Virus record (IMG/VR): IMGVR_UViG_3300016263_001109
Coordinates: 1 to 27,410 of that record
Source: a virus
Lineage: Duplodnaviria; Caudoviricetes
Length of the DNA: 27,410 nt
Reading direction: 5' to 3' (one strand)
This document shows positions 23,758 to 27,410 of this stretch, piece after piece (the first letter of the stretch is position 1; each line of letters opens with the position of its first letter). Both the position numbers and the translations under genes were made by a program. The notes below the pieces were generated by a model. The model made no database searches. It worked only from the letters and a program-made list of their open reading frames with translations, and was not told the DNA's origin.

Positions 23758-23973
23758 TTAGACACGCCACCGCACATCCTCATCCACCCCTTTGCGCCAC
23801 GCATTGGATTGCGCAGCCCTTGCACTGGAACGCTGCTTGGTACAGCCCTTCCGAATACCCCGCGCCCACTCCAAAAATGCTGCAGCCCGGTGCAAATCAG
23901 CAGTCTTCGCCTGCCGAATCTCCCTCATCAACCACTCCATCACCAACTCTCTGCCCGTGCGGCTGCGACTCAT
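23758..23973 (-). CDS. Hypothetical basic protein (71 aa)
   Basis: ATGA overlap with the gene upstream on the same strand. Confidence 0.65.
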   Translation of the reverse strand: MSRSRTGRELVMEWLMREIRQAKTADLHRAAAFLEWARGIRKGCTKQRSSARAAQSNAWRKGVDEDVRWRV

Positions 23974-24140
23974 GATACTAAATCTGAGACTCGCAAGATC
24001 GACTGAACGTGCTGATCAGGGCAAAGCTCCAGTGCCTTCATCCTCGCGGCGAAAGCATCTGGAGCAATAACAAACAGATCGTGAGTACCACCATGACGCG
24101 GGTGCATCCGCACGCGGTACTCGATCTGCTCCTGGTTCAC
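23970..24140 (-). CDS. Hypothetical protein (56 aa)
   Basis: Not in the ORF track. MNQEQIEYRVRMHPRHGGTHDLFVIAPDAFAARMKALELCPDQHVQSILRVSDLVS*, with a GTGA overlap with the polymerase stop and an ATGA overlap with the next gene. Confidence 0.7.
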   Translation of the reverse strand: MNQEQIEYRVRMHPRHGGTHDLFVIAPDAFAARMKALELCPDQHVQSILRVSDLVS

Positions 24141-25963
24141 TTCGCCTGATCCCAGCTATCCCCGACCTTAGCTTCGGCAAGCGGCGGAATCTCACCCAAC
24201 CACTTCGCTTCACATTCTTCCATCACTGACTGGAGCTGGAGCGCCCAAGTGTCTGCGTGTTTTTCAGCGACGAGCAAGATGATCTCGTCATGCACCACGC
24301 CGGCCAAACGCACCACGTCCTCCCCGTCGGCGTGGAGTAACGGCCACAATTTGCCGAGCGTAAGTTTGAGGACTGCTGCACCAGCCCCCTGGATTGGAGT
24401 GTTACAGCGCGTGGTGAGCTTATTGTTCTCGCCCGGTAAAAACCGCCGCAAGCCCGAGATGCGTATGCGGATAGATGGATTGTCCTTAGCCGCATCAGCA
24501 TCTCTAGCATTTTTGCGCTGCCATGCGGAGATGCCTTTATATGCAGCGTGGAACTTTTCCCGCACTTCCGCAGCCTCAACAAGATCCATCTGGATTCCGG
24601 TCGAAGCGGCATAGTTCCTGAGCCCTTTTGCGCCACTTCCATAGAGCAATCCGAAGTTTGCCGACTTACTGATCTGGCGCTGTTCCTTTGTAACTTCATC
24701 CTCCGCGACCCCATAAATCTGCGTCGCCGTAATCGTATGAAGGTCTTTTCCCTGCTGGAACACCTGAGTCATAAGAGAATCCTTAGCTTCCGCTGCCGCC
24801 AACCTCAACTCCATCTGCCCATAATCCGCCACCACAAACTTCCACCCTTCTGGCGCCTGAACACAAGCCCTAAACCGCTGATCCCTCGGAATCTGTTGCA
24901 GGTTGGGACTCATGCAACTCATCCTTCCAGTGTCAGCCCCCATCTGCATGTAGCTGGCACGAATAAACCCATCCTTTCCCAAATTCTTCAGCAGTGTTTC
25001 AGCCATCTGCCGCTTCTTTTCAACCTTTTTCCACCGCAAGTAATCAGCAACAATCTTGTGATCACCCACATACTCCTGGAGCGCCATCCGACTGGCACTC
25101 GGCTTTCCGTTCTTTGCATCAATCGGCGCCTCACCCAACAACGCGGTGAATTTTTTCAGCAGCTGCGCCGGACTATTGAGGTTAAAAACATTCGGATCTA
25201 CCTTCTTACCCTTCGGTCCAGGTTTTGTCTGGTATAGCAACTTGCCATCAATCCCACGGCAGAGCTTGTGTCCTTCAGGTAGAGCAGTATCAAAGTCCTC
25301 AATAAACTTTTCGCCTACTTCGTAACCCTCAATATCTACGTCCTCAATAAGTTGGATAAGGTCTTTCTTGTTAAAAGGAAGACCAGTTCGCCACAACTGC
25401 GCCATCGCTGGCAACGCATTGCACTCCAAGTACCAAGCTGGGTGGAGCGCCGCCGTCGCCATCCGCTGCTGGATCTGATCAAACAAATCCAACAACACCA
25501 ACACATCCTTTGCCGCATATTCCATTTGGCTTTCAGTCAGCTCCCCAGACCAGTCACTCTTCTGCTCTTCCTTAGAAATATCTTCGTGTAGATAACGCTT
25601 CACCAAGTGCTGGAGCCCGTGCTTTACGTTGGGCATCCCGTTGGTAAGGATTCGGCTAGCCAGCATGGTGCAGAGCACTTTGCCAGCCGGATAGATCTCG
25701 TGCTCCTGCAACCAACCGAGATCAAATACCGCGTTGTGCGCCACCCACGTGCGCTCCACATTGAAGAATTCCTCAACCTCAATCCAGTCGTTGTCATCCA
25801 AATCAAAGCAGTCAAGCACCACAGGCGGTTTACCTGGGGCACCCAACTGCAAAAGGCGCATCCCGCCCATCTTTGGCTGGAGCTGCGTTGTCTCCGAGTC
25901 AAACGCGATTAGCCGTTCATCATCGAGCGTGTGAAGGTGCTCGATGCCAAGAAGAAAGTCCAA
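24137..25963 (-). CDS. polA: Family A DNA polymerase with 3'-5' exonuclease, lacking the 5'-3' exonuclease domain
   Basis: ExoI FDSETT, ExoII HNAVFD, ExoIII YAAKD. Polymerase motifs TGRMS...PNLQQIP, A (DYGQMELR), B (RQISKSANFGLLYG) and C (VHDE). TTG start, TAGAGT box at 25996-25991. Confidence 0.96.
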   Translation of the reverse strand: MDFLLGIEHLHTLDDERLIAFDSETTQLQPKMGGMRLLQLGAPGKPPVVLDCFDLDDNDWIEVEEFFNVERTWVAHNAVFDLGWLQEHEIYPAGKVLCTMLASRILTNGMPNVKHGLQHLVKRYLHEDISKEEQKSDWSGELTESQMEYAAKDVLVLLDLFDQIQQRMATAALHPAWYLECNALPAMAQLWRTGLPFNKKDLIQLIEDVDIEGYEVGEKFIEDFDTALPEGHKLCRGIDGKLLYQTKPGPKGKKVDPNVFNLNSPAQLLKKFTALLGEAPIDAKNGKPSASRMALQEYVGDHKIVADYLRWKKVEKKRQMAETLLKNLGKDGFIRASYMQMGADTGRMSCMSPNLQQIPRDQRFRACVQAPEGWKFVVADYGQMELRLAAAEAKDSLMTQVFQQGKDLHTITATQIYGVAEDEVTKEQRQISKSANFGLLYGSGAKGLRNYAASTGIQMDLVEAAEVREKFHAAYKGISAWQRKNARDADAAKDNPSIRIRISGLRRFLPGENNKLTTRCNTPIQGAGAAVLKLTLGKLWPLLHADGEDVVRLAGVVHDEIILLVAEKHADTWALQLQSVMEECEAKWLGEIPPLAEAKVGDSWDQAK

Positions 25964-25988
25964 GCCTGGTAGGGCAACTTGTACCCTA

Positions 25989-26264
25989 CTACTCTAGCAG
26001 GCTGTCAACCTCCCGTGCCGAGCACAGCACCGCCGCTGCGAGTGTCCCACCCTCGGGAAGTCCCAGCAAACACCGCCGCCCCCAATGTATGCAGGATTTG
26101 CATGGCCCCCCATCGTCCTGCGGCTTGTAACTCTGGCGCACCCGTTCCATCCGAATCTCCTCCAAACCCGCAGGACTGGAGCGATAACACCTCATACACA
26201 AGACCGGATTAGTCGTGTGCTTACCGCACTGTTGACACGGCCTGCTATTGATTGAAACTGCCAT
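25989..26264 (-). CDS. Cys-rich putative metal-binding protein
   Basis: CQQC..CMRC plus CKSCIHW...C..GLPE...C. TGATG overlap with the upstream gene. Confidence 0.7.
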   Translation of the reverse strand: MAVSINSRPCQQCGKHTTNPVLCMRCYRSSPAGLEEIRMERVRQSYKPQDDGGPCKSCIHWGRRCLLGLPEGGTLAAAVLCSAREVDSLLE

Positions 26265-26734
26265 CACTCAGAAAAAAGAGAACACTCGGTAAAAAATCCG
26301 GCCTCCCCAGCTTCAGGAATACCGAAGTCGCAGTCGTCGTTATGCCAGTGCTTGCATTTGACGCAACCATTTCCCTGCTGCTGGCGCTGCTTGATACCAC
26401 GGCGTGGAATTTCAGGACATAACTCCTTATACGTTCGCCCTGTTCGGATGGACGTAATCGTCTGGAGCGGAACATCCATAGCTTTCGCCAAGGTGTGATC
26501 AAACCGCCAGTCCTCAAGAATTTTTTTGATCTCTGCAGGCGTAAACCTCCGGCGGTTATCAGGAAAGTCCTTTAACGAAATTTGGACTTCCTTTTTGGCA
26601 GCCCGGTCAAAGTAAACATTCCATCGATGTCCGCAGCACTTGCACTGGAACCTGTACGTGCGTAGGTGTGGTTTGTGCTTCCAAGGATGAATGTTAGTGA
26701 TTCTTCTAAAACTGTGAGTACAATGTCCGGCCAT
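26264..26734 (-). CDS. Cys-rich protein with a zinc ribbon and HTH-like segment
   Basis: 'RFQCKCCGHRW', HTH-like 'TLAKAMDVPLQTITSIRTGRTY' and C-terminal CVKCKHW...C..GIPE...C. Confidence 0.7.
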   Translation of the reverse strand: MAGHCTHSFRRITNIHPWKHKPHLRTYRFQCKCCGHRWNVYFDRAAKKEVQISLKDFPDNRRRFTPAEIKKILEDWRFDHTLAKAMDVPLQTITSIRTGRTYKELCPEIPRRGIKQRQQQGNGCVKCKHWHNDDCDFGIPEAGEAGFFTECSLFSE

Positions 26735-26743
26735 TTGAGTTGG

Positions 26744-26986
26744 TTAATGCTCTTGGTAAGGTTCAGTTGCCAAGGTGTTAATAAGTCGGTTGAGATACCA
26801 ACGGGCCTTACAAAAATCCTCATACGGATCTTTTTTCAACCAAGCCCGACTGACGTACTTGATGACCTGCCAATGCAGGCCACCAACCACAGCATCGGGA
26901 GCCGGTTTAACCCATTCCTCAATTACGTCAATAACTTCGACTTTTCCTGACGCATAGTGCGCTGGTGAGTTGACTGGATCGCTCAT
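26744..26986 (-). CDS. DUF3310 protein (T7 gp1.7-like nucleotide kinase family)
   Basis: 'DPVNSPAHY..G.VEVIDVI...IKYVSRA..K....ED..KARWYL' signature. Confidence 0.85.
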   Translation of the reverse strand: MSDPVNSPAHYASGKVEVIDVIEEWVKPAPDAVVGGLHWQVIKYVSRAWLKKDPYEDFCKARWYLNRLINTLATEPYQEH

Positions 26987-27410
26987 CCCTTAGACCCCTG
27001 AACAGCTTTGTCGCCTTGGTATCTCCCAGTGTGGGAGTAATCCTTGCTGGGCAGCATTGTCATCCGATGGAACACAATCTGCGCAATCCGCATCCCAGGC
27101 CACAACGCCACAGGATGCATGGAACGCGCATTTTGCAGCTCCAGAGTCAACCGCCCGCTATAACCAGGATCTATGTATCCAGCAAGCAGATGCTCGATAC
27201 CTTCCCTAGCCCTGCTCGACTTGAGTGCCAGCTGCCCAGCAATACAGTCAGGCAGCTTGAACTCCTCCAGCGTTTCAGCCAGCACGAATTCATGCGGCTG
27301 GAGCATGAACGGCTTTTCTTGCGAGTGCCCAGCAATGGAGTAAGGCACCAAGCTGGTGGTGGTCGGTAACTCCACCAACAGATTCTCACCGAGTCTCACA
27401 TCGAGACTCG
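26983..27410 (-). CDS. dcd: dCTP deaminase (5' end outside the window)
   Basis: The frame continues to the edge as ..SLDVRLG. Motifs 'LKSSRAREG', 'AGYIDPGYSGRLTLEL', 'PGMRIAQIVF' and 'GRYQG'. Confidence 0.92.
   Translation of the reverse strand, partial: SLDVRLGENLLVELPTTTSLVPYSIAGHSQEKPFMLQPHEFVLAETLEEFKLPDCIAGQLALKSSRAREGIEHLLAGYIDPGYSGRLTLELQNARSMHPVALWPGMRIAQIVFHRMTMLPSKDYSHTGRYQGDKAVQGSKG

Noticed and set aside
24016-24213. Listed 65-aa ORF downstream of the polymerase
   Set aside because: It overlaps the polymerase by 77 nt. The alternative frame 23970..24140 fits with 4-nt overlaps at both ends.
24137-27410. Modified-base system such as a Z-genome (DpoZ/PurZ)
   Set aside because: Only PolA, DUF3310 and dCTP deaminase are visible, all common in ordinary phages. 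No purZ, datZ or base-modifying gene is in the window; the rest of the genome would need checking.
27390-27410. 8-bp inverted repeat CGAGTCTC-acatc-GAGACTCG
   Set aside because: It lies within the conserved SLDVRLG coding motif of dcd at the window edge and has no T-run, so it is probably incidental.

Overview
This window is a segment of a tailed dsDNA phage genome with a long non-contractile tail (siphovirus layout). Gene content and promoter style suggest a picocyanobacterial or other aquatic host, but that is inference only. The + strand (1-22680) carries the late genes: head-tail joining and neck genes, tail terminator, major tail tube, tail assembly chaperone with a -1-frame extension, a 990-aa tape measure, hub/NlpC-P60/tip genes, two extra tail-tube paralogs, two fibre modules (one with a glycine-rich adhesin-like partner), small membrane and basic proteins, a holin-like gene and a GH73 + C39-like endolysin. 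Two antisense HNH endonuclease genes interrupt this block. The - strand (22677-27410) carries the replication/early genes: dCTP deaminase (cut by the window edge), DUF3310, two Cys-rich proteins, family A DNA polymerase and several small proteins. The strongest unexplained signal is a canonical C_CCA_AAG -1 slippery site at the end of the unlisted 45-aa holin-like gene, which would fuse it to the next ORF and give short and long lysis-protein isoforms. Also notable are recurring TAnnnT boxes that often reuse the upstream stop codon, two terminators with the same CTAACC loop, and several internal paralogies. No rRNA, tRNA, CRISPR array, integrase or reverse transcriptase was seen. All functional calls come from motif recognition and synteny, not from database searches.
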